A stretch of 64,000 bases of DNA from Klebsormidium nitens. Its lineage: Eukaryota; Plantae; Klebsormidiophyceae. The position numbers were made by a program, and so were the translations under genes. Below are positions 51,893 to 64,000 of this stretch, piece by piece. A model generated the notes under the pieces. The model did not search any database. It saw only the letters and a list, made by a program, of their open reading frames with translations, and was not told the origin of the DNA. The DNA lies in assembly GCA_000708835.1 (NCBI GenBank), contig DF237130.1, forward strand, positions 96,994 to 160,993, given 5' to 3'. Each line of letters begins with the position of its first letter. Position 1 is the stretch's first letter.

Positions 51893-54800
51893 ATGGCCTC
51901 CCAGCCTACTGCCGACACTTCCGACGTGGACTCTGCCTCTGCTCCCAGCCCCCCACCCATGCCGGCTCCTGCTCTTGCTGCTCCTTCCGTCCCCGGGTCT
52001 AGCGCACCGGCTGTTGCCACCACCGCCACAGCCCCTGCCACCGTTACCGCCCCTGCCACTCCAAAGCGGAGTACTGCACCTGCTCCCCGGCCTCCTGCCC
52101 CTGGCGCAACAGCCCCCTGGGCGCAGATTGTCCGTAGCGGGAGCATCAAGAGCGTGGCAGCGCAGGAGGGGCTGGGTGATGGCCTGGCCGCGCTGGTCAA
52201 GCCGGGGACTCCGGGCGGGGTCATCACGAGTGCAGCGGGGAAGGCCGGCATTCTGGCCAGGAGTACCAGCGGGGGACCGGAGAGAGAGGATGCTGCTAAG
52301 GAAGGGGTGGGCAAGCGGGGGAAGGCAGGAGCAGGGGAGAAGGAGAGTGTTGCCACTGAGAAGGCGGCAGAAAAGGTAGCCGCGCCCCCTGCTGGCCCCG
52401 TGTCCGGTCCCGCTGCCCGTGGGTATGCGGCGGCAGCTGCGAAGAAGGCACCACCACCACCACCAGCTGAGGCTGGCGGGCCAGCAGCGGATGTCAAAAC
52501 GGTGCCTAGCTGGACGGGGGAGAAGCTGGCCGCTCTCGAGGCACGGGAGGGCCAAAAGGGGGCTCGGGCCAATGGTCCAGCCCGAGGGAGTGGTGGCAGA
52601 GGATCCGGATCGGCGGCAGGGCCAGGAGCGCGGCGGGCGCAGGAGAAATCAGCAGGCAGGATGGGACAGGGGCAGGCCGGGGGGAGGGGGAGGAGCGGCG
52701 CAGCAGAGGAGCGTGTGGGCAGCACCGCGGGGCAGGGCAGTGGGAACAAGACTGCGGTGCAAGAGGAGGCACCGGCGAAGAAAACTGCGGCACCTGCCGT
52801 TGTGAAGGAGAAGATCGAGGAGGCAACGGAGAAAACGGCAGCAGAAGTCAGTGGGGCCTCTGAGGCAGGCGTCAAAGAAGTGATACCACCGGTGACAGAG
52901 GGAGGGGATACCACCCCATTGACAGGACAGGTGCCGAGGGAAGGGGCTGCCGTAAGTAGCAAAGTGATGGACGCGGAAGTGGCCCCCAAAGAAACGGAAG
53001 CTCACCATACCGGGGAGGGTGGAGATACGGATGTTTCGAGAGAGGAGAATGCAGTGGTTGGTGCCGAGGAGGCGGAAGAGGCCAGCGCCACTCCGGTAGC
53101 ACCTGCGAAGCCTGCCTGGAAGAAGGCGCCTGTAGCGGAGGCTGCGGCGGAGCCCAGCGTGGGCCCTGTGATGGGGGCGGTGAGCTGGCCGACCCTGGGG
53201 GACGCCAAGAGCAAGGACGCAGGGAAGGAGAAGGGGGACGCGCTGCCAGCCAGCCGGCCCAAGGGAGACCAGGTGAGAGGCCCGCAGCGTTCGAGGCAAG
53301 CAGGGTGGTGTGCGATCCAACCAATGAAGCTCCGCAGAGGACGCTGGGCAAGGACGTGGCTTGAGGGTCCACGCAGCGTTCGGCGTGTGGTACATGCCGA
53401 TGTCTACCTGGCTTGATGGTTGAATGACAAGGTTTTTGGAAGAGGCAATGGTTCCGGAGTGCCTGTCTCTGGGTTGCTTGATGGTGTGAGAGAGTATAGC
53501 CTATAGTAGGGTGGATGCTCAATCTCCCCCCGAAGAATCATTGATAACGGTGTATCTAGGCCAAATGATACGCACCGTCTTTTATATGGTCACTGAGGAG
53601 TTGGAGCCACTGTGAGTTTTCCGCGTATGGTTTCGCTTGAGTGTTCGCTCATTCTTTGTGGCGTGCCTGTTTGCAGCAGCGGATTGTGGTTCGCACTGGC
53701 ACCGTCAGCGGCCTTCAGCGCAAGCGGGTCATCATTCCCCTGGTGCCAAGTGAGCGGCCGGCGCAGTTCGTCACCACACCCCCGGGAGGGGACAGGGCTG
53801 CGGCCCTGCCGTCTCCAGGAGTAGAAAGGCGGGAAGGGGAGGGGGCACGCGTGCCCCGCATCTCGGAGGGGAGAGGAGGCCGCGGCATCCTCCCAGGTGG
53901 GGGCCGAGGAGCAGGGGGCCGGACTGGCATGGGCCGTGGCCCCGGTGGTAGAATAGGGGGGGACCACAGGGGAGGCCGCATGGGTGGTGTGGCGGGTAGT
54001 ACGTGGAGCAATCGAGGGGGCGCTGGGCTTGCGCAGCGACCCCTCACGGAAGGGGCGCGAGTGGGGGGTGGGAGAGGGGGACGTGGGACCATTCGCGGGG
54101 ATGCAGTGGCCTTCGTGCCGGCTTCCGGGGTGGCCCCCGCAGCTTACAGCGGGGCAGGCGGGGCGCTGTCGGCAGGGCCTCCCTCAGCGGGGCTCTACTT
54201 TGTGCCGGCAGCCGGCGGGGGCGCCGGGGCGCTGCGGACGCCAGCCACCATGATGCCGCCCGCGGTGCAATATGGAGGGGCAGGCGGTGGGGCGCAGGTG
54301 GTGTCGCTGCGGCAGCTGATCATCCAGCAGATTGAGTACTACTTTAGGTGGGCACGCGGCCTGCGTACTGCAGAAAAAGGGCGCTTGTGGTTTTCCTGCT
54401 CGTCATTCGTCTGGTTTGGAAGCATGCAGACTAGCTGGTAGCAAATTGGGTGCAGTCCATATTATAGCATGGCCGTTTGTCCATTTGTTGGTGTCGGTGG
54501 TCGCAAGGTCCATATTCCTACTTCGTGTTCATCAATGAATGGTGGGTGTTGAAGCTTATCATCTTCTGTTTTTGCAGTATTGAGAACCTGTGTCGAGATA
54601 TTTTCCTGCGGTCAAAGATGGATGAGGAGGGCTACATCCCGCTCACCGTGATTGCTGGATTTAACAGAGTAAGTGCACTACGTCTCAAAAGTTGTGTTCT
54701 TCTTGCATCGAGTCAGGAGGCTTATAGATTTTGAATCCCCTCTTGCGAAGAGTGTTGTGTTGTCGAGCAAACATGCGTCGCCCGTTTTTCGCTCGAATCC

Positions 54801-57800
54801 CCTTCAAAGCTGTGCGCAGCCTCTGCCATTAGACTTTTCAAAGTGCCACTCCCTCCCTCATAATTCAGTTCTCTTGAAAGCCTTGTTGGTAGCCCTCTGG
54901 AAAGATGTGTTGACGATGCCTGTCCCTTGCTTGAAAGATACAGGCCATGCCTGACCTTGACACCCCGTGTGATGTACACTGTGCTGGCCACCTCGTGTCC
55001 CTCTTGTCACCCACGCCGCTGGCTGCGTTGTGCAGGTGCGTATGCTGACGGCGGACCCGGCCATGATCCTGGAGGCACTCAAGGACTCCCCTGCCGTGGA
55101 GCTAAAGGTAGGACATCGGTACAGCGGAATCGGTCTTGTCACTTTTCCAGGCTGAGGCAACGAGAGCAGAGATTCGGGTTTGTAAGTCGACTCGTGACAG
55201 TGCGAACAGTGTTTCAATTCCGCAATTCTGAGAGACCATGCTGACTTGCGGTGGTGTGCTCGTGTGCAGGATGACAAGCTGCGCAAGGCCGGGGACTGGC
55301 AGGCGTGGCTGCTGCCCCCCGACTACAGCGCCCCCTCGTCACCAGTGCCGCAGGCGGCCAAGGAAGGGGAGGACGCCGAAGGGGCAGAGGGCGCTGCCAA
55401 GAGCGACGAGAGCAAGGTGCTGACGCCCACCAGCGTGCTCAGCCAGGACGAAGGGGAGGGCGACGAGAAGAAGGAACAGGCCGACACGGCGCACAGCTCG
55501 GGTCAAGAAGGGGCAGACGACGCGCCAAAGGAAGGGGGAGACGTGTCGCCTGCGGCGGCAGCGGCAGCAGATTCGGACAGCAGCCTGAACGCGGCTCCTG
55601 TCGCGGGCAAGTCCGAGACAGAGGACAAGCCAGACGAGGGGAAAGCCGACGAGGCCAAGGGCCCAACGCCGGCGGAGGAGCAGCAACCCAACGGGCCTGT
55701 TGAGGGAGACGCTGTGGTGGGGGGCGCCAAGGAGGAGGACACGGTGTCGGAGCTGCGCAGCGGCGGGGGCAGCAGCACGGGGTACAGCAGCGGGGGCAGC
55801 AGCGGAGAGGACAGCAACGAGTGGATGAAGGCAGGGGCGCGCAGGCGCGGGCCGACCGTACGCAGCGGGAACCGGCCGCCAGCAGGGCGCAGGGGCGGGC
55901 TAAGTGCCGCGTTTGCGAGCGGGGCAGGCAGCGAGGAGGAGGACACGTTCCAACTGGACGAGGAGCTGGAGGGGGGGGCGGGCAAGCCAGCAGGGCAGGC
56001 ACCAGGCGGGGCGCCCACCAAGTGAGTGGCAAGCGGCGAGCCAGGCCCGCTGGACAGCTGAGACCTGGCCTGGGAGCTAGACTGCACCTGCCTTGGCCGG
56101 GCTCATGCTGCCCTGGTGGTACTAGGGTGGCGAGGGCGGATCATGCAGTGTGGACGGCCCTCTCGTCTTCACGAACGTGCCCAGATACTGCGGTTCAAGC
56201 TTGTGCTGGTGTAAGAGTGCTGATTTGTTCCAAAAAGAGGCGAGATCTGACGTGATGTTTGTGGTGTGGATGCGCAGGAAGAAGGAGGACACGGACGACG
56301 AGTCGGAGTCGGAGCTGGTGGTGGACAAGGACGTGGACCGCCTCATGATCGTCACTCAGGTCAGCCATGACGCGCAAGGCGCAGCCGCTGGATGGCTGGA
56401 TGGTCTGAGAAAATCGAGGTTACAATTTTGAGTGATCTACGAAGAGCTTGAAGAGATGCGTCGAGGTTGCAAACAACGAGGGATTTTCGACGAGGTTGTT
56501 GTGGCTTTGTGTAGTCTGCGAAGTGGCGATGGGGCGAGGTTGGTGTCCGTGCTGTGTCTTACTCTGCTGTTTGCTGTGGTGCGGCGCAGACGAAGAAAGC
56601 GGTCAAGATTGACCGGCGTGGTCCCGACGGGCGCGACCACGCGCGCAAGTCGATCAACGACGAGCTGGTGGCGGTGATCAACGACGGGCTCTACTTCTAC
56701 GAGCAGGAGCTGCGCCACCACCAGCACCGCCCCGCGCGGGACGCCCGCCACGCACCCCACCCCAAGGTCACCGTTGGTGAGCGCTAGCCCCGTGCACAGG
56801 ACTTCAGGGCACAGAGTTTTGGGTTGTGATCTGAAGGCTCCTTGAAAGGCTGGTTTTGTAGGCAGGGGCAACCTGTCAATCGCTTTTGAGCACCGGCGGT
56901 CCCTTCTTGATGTTGCAGCCGTTGCCCTGCTGAGACTCCTCGTTTGTGAGCAGTTCTGTTGAGCCGGCATCCGACGCACCCTGGCCATGCACACCCATGC
57001 TACAGCAACGCTTCTCATCCTCTCAGCTGCTATGCGTCTCCGTGTCAAACTGAAGCTGACGTGCTGTGCCTGCTGGAGTCAGCCAGGTCGCTCATGTTCC
57101 TCCCTTAAAACATCAACGTGTGTGCTGCGCTTGCTGCAGGCTCTGCTGGTAGCAGCAACGGCGGAAGCCTGCCCCGCGACACGCACCTGGAGCGGCCCCA
57201 CTTCGCCCCCGGCGGGCGTGGAGGACGGGGCAGCCAGCTGCGGCTGTTCCCGGCCAATCCCAAGGAGCGCTCGCGCAGCAGGAGTCGCGAAGCGGGCCGC
57301 TCCCGCTCCGTCTTCGCAGAGAGCCCGCCGAACGACTCAGTGGGCTTCTTCTTTGGCGCTACGCCGCCTGAAAACAGGTGGGCATTGCTGGAAGGCACAG
57401 AAGGGTTCCGACATGCTTCCTCTGAATCGCCTTCTGCTTGACGCAGTCCCTATCCCTGGAGGCTCCAACTGGCCAGCAGAGTGCCCCACCCTGACGTGGG
57501 CAAACGTTGTTCCTTTGCAGTGGCTTCTACCTTCCCAGCCGCACGTCCCCCGCGCCGTCGCCCCCGACCACCACCACCTTCCTGCCCGGCTCCAGCCCCC
57601 CCGTGGGGTCCATGCCCAAGAGCTTCCCCAACTTCCCGCACCCCAGCCACGCGCTCCTCGAGGACAACGGCTTCAAGCAGCAAAAGTGAGGCACTCACTC
57701 GGTCCGACCCCCCTGCCTGGCGCCGCCACCATGTCGCATACAGCTGCTGCCGCTGTAGCCTGTGCACGGGACACACAGACACGCGCAGCGACTGACCTGG

Positions 57801-59260
57801 GTGCTCGTTTGCAGGTATGGCCGTTTCCGGCAGCGGTGTTTAGCGGAGCGGGAGCGCCTGGGAACAGGGCGCAGCGAGGTGAGCCACACTCCCCCGCTAA
57901 CTCGGCAGCATGCAGACGGCCACCTCCCTGGTCTGCAGCAACGGTTGGAGTGCAGCTCTAGCCTTGCTGCTGCCCGTGGCTGGCCCCCCTCTACCCATGC
58001 TGTGCGGGTGCTGAGGCTGGCTGTGGCGCGCGTGCAGGAGATGAACACGCTGTTCCGCTTCTGGAGCTACTTCCTGCGGAGCAACTTCTACGAGAGCATG
58101 TACAAGGAGTTCAAGAAGCTGGCGCAGCAGGATGCCGCCGCCAACTACTACTACGGCATGGAGTGCCTCTTCCGCTTCTTCAGGTCAGCCACCCCGGCGC
58201 TCCACCACTCCCACTGGGCCACCTCCGGAGTTAAGAGGAGTGCTGTCTTCAGAAGCTGTGTCCACACTCTCGTCCTTTGGCCTCGCCAGCGCTCCTCTGA
58301 TTCCTCTGCAAGAGTCAAACGGGGTGCTCGAGGGCGCCCTCAGCGGCCTGTCACGCTCTCTGTGGTCGGTGCTTCCGCGGCGCAGCAGCCGTCTGAGCGG
58401 TGGGTGTGGGTGTGTGCAGTTATGGGCTGGAGGAGACGTTCCGGCCGGCGGTCTACGACGACTTTGAGGCACTCACCCTGGAGCACTACAAGGCGGGCAA
58501 CTTGTACGGCCTCGAAAAGTACTGGTAAGTGGCCCATGCCCGGAGCAGGCCATGTCTCATTCGACTCTCCAATCGGCCCTCGGTGTCAATGCGGCTGTCG
58601 GCAGCGAAATCTGTCTGTTTATTGTAGGCCTGAACGCCCTGCTCCGATCGATGCTGCTCTTGCTGATGCTTGCTCTTGTGAAAAGGGTAATGGCGAGCCG
58701 GTTGCTTGCACAGCCGGACTGCCAGGTCCGCTGCAACTGCTGTTCCTCTGCCTCTTCCGAGTTTCCCTGCACTAAGGCTAGGCCTGAATTGCTGGCAGGT
58801 GGTCCAAGATAGAGACCGCCCCCCCCGCCTCTGTGCGCGCATGGCATCGCTTCTTTGTGTGGCCCCGCGTCTGAGTTTTGCGGGTGGGGGTGTGTGCAGG
58901 GCGTTCCACTTTTACCGCAAGGACAAGAGCGCAGCGGTGCCGCAGCGGGCGGAGCTCAAGGAGCTGCTGGAGACGCAGTTCCGCAGCCTGGACGACTTCC
59001 GGCGCGTGAACAAGGAGATGAAGGCCGCCAAGGAGGCCAAGGAAGCCTCCAGCCTGCCCAACGGGGACCACCTGCCAAAGGCCGCCGCCCCCGCAGCGGA
59101 CGGGATACCGGCATCCGCCCCCGCCGCCGTCCCTACTGCGAAAGGTCTACCGACCACTGCAGGAATGAAGAGTCAAGCGGACCTGATTGAGATCACTAGT
59201 TCGGACGCCGCCGCCAATACACCCCTGAAATCCCCCAGTGCACCAATAGCCGTGGGGTGA
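51893..59260 (+). CDS. LARP1: La-related protein 1 (La motif plus DM15 domain)
   Basis: La motif [13 protein letters not shown]|[32 protein letters not shown]|RMLT. DM15 region [40 protein letters not shown]|[15 protein letters not shown]|AF. Plant LARP1-like motif [10 protein letters not shown]. Confidence 0.95.
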
Positions 59261-60963
59261 CTGCTGGATCCTACTCATGCAAGTTGGCCGCTAACCGTTG
59301 TTGGCATGGGCAGTGCCATCACATATGGAGAGACTATAGTGTAGATTCACTAGTACCGAGTAGAGTCTTGAGTTGGTTTGGAAACGGGAAAAAGACCTTG
59401 GGCAACAAGCGAAGTGTTTTGAGGACATTTCAAGTTCTCTTAGATAGGTAGGTATTTCAGGTGGTAGTATTTGCCAAGCCTAATTCTTGATGGACAAGGT
59501 TTGTTTTGTTTTTGAATGGCCGGAAGATATTGTTCGAAGTCACTTTATGTTGCTAGGCACACAAGAGGATGTGTCATGGATTCGGCATCCGATCATACAC
59601 TATCATTGAGACTATACTCTGCCGTCTGTTATCCTTACGTACAATTGTTCGCGGCCTTTCAATGCAATCATAAGAAGGTATTTGAACCGTTGAATACCAA
59701 AGGTGAGTCCGAAAATGCCATTACGTTAGGATGTGGCCGGTCCTCAATCACGATATTGGACAGCGGGGTACATAACTTACCATTAAGCTATCATCGCAGT
59801 GGACTTTCGCAGTGACACATTTGCAATTGAACTGAATAAAACGGCGGCCAGCAATTTTAACGTGCGCTCGATCTGGCATCATGCCAATCGATGTCGATGC
59901 ATGCGACAACAGATAATCTATCAGGCACTGAAGTCGTCAAAGCCTGCATCCGATTGAGTGCGATGTCGACCAACCGCCGTTCGAACAATGCTGCAGAAAA
60001 CGTCTCCTCTGCTGTCTCCCTAGAGAACTAGCCTGCTTCCCTTTCCTCGACTGGTGCTTTCGAGCCGGACCGATGCTCACGACCGTGCCGGCAATCTCAT
60101 ATTGAGTTGCCTTGTACATAGCGTGTCCCACGCGCGAATTGTGCAATCAACTATCATATAGTACGCGCGGTGCATGTTGATAGAACATGCACTACATGCA
60201 ATCCGGTCGATTGGATCGATCCAAGTCAACACTGACAAGCTTAAGCTCATGGCTAAGCTTAAACACTATAACAAGATCGAGGCAACCGGGGGGCCCACTG
60301 ACCGTTTTATTAATCGTCCGCGAAAGTCTACGGTGGCCGCGACTCTTAACGAGAGTCCGGTTCCGAGTGAGCGAGTGAGTGAAAGGATAGGCCAGACTGC
60401 CATGCGAAAACCTTTATTTTGGTCTTACGCTGCCAGCCGTCGGACCCTCGTCGGACCTTCTAGCTATTTCCGACCGACCCGAGAAAAATAAGTTAAAATT
60501 TCGGTCACTCAGAGTAGATGATCATTCGGTGTAGACTGCGAGAAGGTCCAATGATGAGCGCAAATGATGTAATACGGTGTAGGTACATAGGTACGCATGC
60601 ATCATGCCGACCGACCGACCGTTAAACAACACCTGCCCCAGTGATGCCTAAGCTGACTAAGCGTGAAAGCGTGTACAAAAGAAAGGCAATTACCATTCTT
60701 CACTATGTAATTGATAGTTTTCCAACTATCCAACTATATATATATTGACAAGTCTCGAGCCTCGGAGCCCATCTCGAACACTGACGAGGGGATGACAAGT
60801 ATACGTACCTTGACGCCCACGACGGCATACAAGATTGGCATAGCGACGGTTACCATTGCATCAGTGCCAAGGAACATCGTGCATGATTGGCAGCATGCGC
60901 GGCGCCCGCGCGGCGAACCACGATTGAAAATTGAGGCCCCATTTGCGATTCTGAAGTTCCATG

Positions 60964-61585
60964 GGCATCGTGTCAAAAAATATGCGGCAATGGCGTCCGC
61001 CGACTCCGGCCCTTCGCAATTTTTCTGGAGGGGCTGGTGGCCGGTTCTCGGAGCACCGTCAAGATGACTCGAGGGGGCTGGTGGCCGGTGCACGGCTGAA
61101 TCTTCTGATATATGTATCATTATCTTAGAGTCAGTTCGATTCGCGTATGAGCGACTAATCAGCCGCGTATGTAAACACTTGAGTCGGTCACCCCCTTGCA
61201 AAAGGCTGGAGGTTACGAGGCCACAGCAACTGAACGGTCTCGAACCATACGGTCTGGCACAAATATCACCACATAACACAAATCCAGATGCATACAGACA
61301 ATCTAGTACTTCTTTTTTGCCTTTTATACATAACTTGATTGCGGCACCCGAATCGAAGTGGAGGACCTGCAAACCTCTGGTCATTCTTCGACAATTACCT
61401 ATCAAGCAGATATTGCACTCGGTCCATCCCCTTATATCCCTGTAAACCGGCTTTATATCGAGTCGGAACTCGGGTACCCCCGGTGGCCGGTGTTTTTTGG
61501 AACAAATTTCGGTTGTACCCCCCTGGTGGCCGGTTTATTTTTTGGAGTTCCGGACGCTCTTGCACAGATGATTTGACACGATGCC
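60964..61585. mobile_element. MITE-like non-autonomous TIR element, family A (PIF/Harbinger-like), 622-bp copy
   Basis: TIR GGCATCGTGTCAAA / TTTGACACGATGCC with a 3-bp target duplication ATG on both sides. The right end aligns with that of the 9795-10011 copy and both share (C)TGGTGGCCGG motifs. Confidence 0.8.
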
Positions 61586-62013
61586 ATGAGCTCTAAATAC
61601 AATTAAGCGCCCTGCCACCTCGCCAATGCACAACAATTGCACGCATGCAGCACATATGCAGGCGGCGGCAACTAAGATATGCGAATTATTGATGAGTTCT
61701 CAAACGCGAATCGACAAACCGACAACTTCCATGCCACTGTGGAGCCGGGGGCATGCATCGCGTGAGTCATGCTCTCATGCAAATGGGAAATGAGCTAGTA
61801 GGACAAGAGTCTGGGGGCGATTTATCAATCGCGAAAATGGCAATGCGCAGCTCAGATTGCGACGGTGCGTGAGACTCATCTCGATCTAGATACGAGCCAT
61901 ACGACGAGCCGGTACTTGCTGCGGGCCAAAGTAACTAGTCCGCCGGGCGCAATTGGGGCTATGATTCAACCTCGTATGGTGCCCGGTGCAACCTTACCGG
62001 CAGCTGCAGAATA

Positions 62014-62401
62014 GGCCCCGGAACATGGAATATCGGAATACGGAATATCTGTTTTTGGAAGCAGAAGAATCCGGAATACCCAAATTTGGGCCTTGGAATA
62101 CTAGAATACAGAATTTAGGGCTTTTTCCGAGCATACTAGACTACATGTGGCAAACAACGGCATAATACTTGACTTCGAAGTAAAAAGACTTCCAAAAGCA
62201 TGCTTCTAAGGGAAGAAGATGGTAAAAGAACTCACACGACAAGTGCACTCCTTACGTACCTTTCAAAATGTCAAAAGTCACATTTGCGAAACAGAATACT
62301 GAGAATACAGAATACTTGAGCACCCTGGAATACGGAATACTGCCTTTTTGAAACCTTGGAATACTGAATACTGGGGGTCAAATATTCCATGTTCCGGGGC
62401 C
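62014..62401. mobile_element. MITE-like element, family B, copy 1
   Basis: Perfect 20-bp TIR GGCCCCGGAACATGGAATAT / ATATTCCATGTTCCGGGGCC with many internal (G)GAATAC motifs. No target-site duplication found. Confidence 0.7.
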
Positions 62402-62619
62402 GTCGAGCAGAAGTTTGGAACTTGTTGCAACTTCTCCAACTTCCACTTCCCGGAAAGTTGATAAGTTGCAAAGGCTTCTCAGCAACTTCTTTCAGGACTG
62501 CCGTTGAAATCTAAATGTTGACCGCGGCAATGGATTGTGACATTGTGAGTGGAGGCGGAAACGGGAGAGGACGAACAATGATGGCCCTAATAGTAATACA
62601 AGGCAATGCCACGCCTGAC

Positions 62620-62909
62620 TCGGCCCCGGAACGTGAATATATGACTTTGGATATTCCATATTCCTCGATGGATTTTGGGCAATATTCCAATTCCTTGCCA
62701 CCCCAATATTCCAGATTCCAAGAAATTTTGAGATTTAGGAATTCAAATTACCCGGATTCCTGCACAGGTTTTGCATTATTCCATATTCCGTGAAAAAAAA
62801 ATCTCAAAACCAAATATTCCGATTACTAAGCCAAAAAATCCCGATATTCCAATTCCTGGAGCCCAAAAATCCCGATATTCCTATTCCAATATTCTCGTTC
62901 CGGGGCCGA
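62620..62909. mobile_element. MITE-like element, family B, copy 2 (opposite orientation)
   Basis: TIR (TC)GGCCCCGGAACGTGAATAT / ATATTCTCGTTCCGGGGCC(GA) with one mismatch, many internal TATTCC motifs, and CCTGAC directly flanking both sides. Confidence 0.7.
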
Positions 62910-63855
62910 CCTGACGGCGTTTGCTGGCATTGCCAAAAATGGGGAGTCATAATTATGCAGATCGACCGTACATTGAAAACATGAAAACATCTTTGCAGTC
63001 GGAGGCCTGAGTCAGGGGGACTCCTCCAAACACCCCGGGTAAGAATGTTGGCAACAGTGAACCCATGTGCCAGCAGCTAAACGGCGACAGTGCCCGGAAC
63101 TGAAAATTGTTGGGATTGAATCGGAGTCCACAGGGTCACCTTTCAAAAGATCAAAACCCAGAGCTTGGGGTCCGGGCAACGCGCCGTTTAGGTGGGTTAG
63201 GCTTGGGTTAAACAGCCAAAAACTATCAGCCCACCTCTAACACTTGTCTTAACCCGATAACCCTTTCCTCAGACTGACCGAGGACATAGCATCGGGCTCG
63301 GGACATCGAAACTATGCAATCTCGACCGCCCAGATCGGAAAATTTCTCATCTGACGGTGCGGGTCATGGTTCGCTCTGTTTCCGACAGTGGTGTTTGGTC
63401 CCCCTGGCCTGTGTGGGCGCGCCGAGACCGGTCGGACCGGAAGTTGGAACTCCGGAAAGCGGGTAGGATTCTCCGTGCGCGGCGTGTGACCTTTTAAATA
63501 CCGGGTGACGGTGTTCGGAACGTATTAAAATAACCCCGGGGACCGGCGGTCCCCTTCTTAAAGCTAATTCGAATTATTAAACCCTGTGGGGCGGCCTTGA
63601 AAAGTCCAGAAAGCTAGCGGTCCCAGAGTCACCGGGCGGACAATACCGTGCAAACTGGCGACCAGAGTCCAGTGCAGACCCCAAAGCGTACCTCAGTGGG
63701 TGCGTACCTACTTCAAACCCATAGGTAGACCGTAGTAGGTACCGGTAGTACCGGCATGATCGGAGATTCAAACCTAGGTCCTCGTAACATACGTAGGATT
63801 ATATATTTTAAACGCGACGAACTCCGTCGCCAAGTCAAATTGGTTGTTGGCCAAG

Positions 63856-63927
63856 GTCGCTGTCGTATAGTGGTTAGTACCTCACGTTGTGGCCGTGAAA
63901 ACCTGGGCTCGAATCCCAGCAGCGACA
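63856..63927 (+). tRNA. tRNA-His(GUG), nuclear plant type, intronless
   Basis: Acceptor stem GTCGCTG/CAGCGAC, anticodon arm TCACG-TTGTGGC-CGTGA, T arm CTGGG-CTCGAAT-CCCAG, discriminator A73, and a TTTTT Pol III terminator at 63930-63934. Confidence 0.96.
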
Positions 63928-64000
63928 CCTTTTTGCCTCGTCCAAATTGCAAAATGTTGTCTTTCAGCTCAGACAGTTCTGCTTGCAGGTTGGGACTTCA

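Noticed and set aside
51449-53522. Long minus-strand ORFs overlapping LARP1 exon 1
   Set aside because: Antisense shadows of GC-rich low-complexity coding sequence.
57448-57495. Possible cassette exon in a LARP1 intron
   Set aside because: Available donors would shift the frame; the direct splice from ~57377 to ~57519 keeps it.
60734-61405. 223-aa minus-strand ORF crossing the family A MITE
   Set aside because: No DDE or Myb-like motif recognised and it spans the element boundary, so probably chance.
63055-63080. AACCCATGTG and, at ~38124, GTCGAGCTA resembling pieces of plant 7SL RNA
   Set aside because: Isolated short matches with no SRP S-domain motif nearby.
63700-63800. B-box-like GGTTTGAA motifs on the minus strand just upstream of tRNA-His, suggesting an inverted tRNA remnant or SINE
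   Set aside because: No acceptor stem, D arm or A box could be folded; similarity is limited to about 18 nt.

Overview
Eukaryotic, intron-rich nuclear DNA. Plant-type MET1, a VAR3/OZ-family gene, a plant-type tRNA-His and GC-rich exons suggest a streptophyte alga such as Klebsormidium (inference, not verified). Ten protein genes were hand-spliced: a >1800-aa unidentified coiled-coil protein (runs off the left edge), mitochondrial-type bL27, LSm8, PfkB fructokinase, gamma-glutamyl hydrolase, MET1 DNA methyltransferase, a VAR3/OZ-type RanBP2 zinc-finger protein with an RGG/YGG tail, TRM82/WDR4, plastid bL12 and LARP1. Also present are a tRNA-His(GUG) gene, two families of short non-autonomous TIR elements (two copies each) and several palindromes and tandem repeats. 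Eight of the ten genes sit in head-to-head pairs. No clearly new multi-gene system is evident. The best leads are the plastid-targeted OZ protein with a FET-like low-complexity tail, the MITE families, an unassigned transit-peptide exon upstream of rpl12 and the unidentified coiled-coil protein. Exon boundaries were read by eye and need RNA-seq confirmation.
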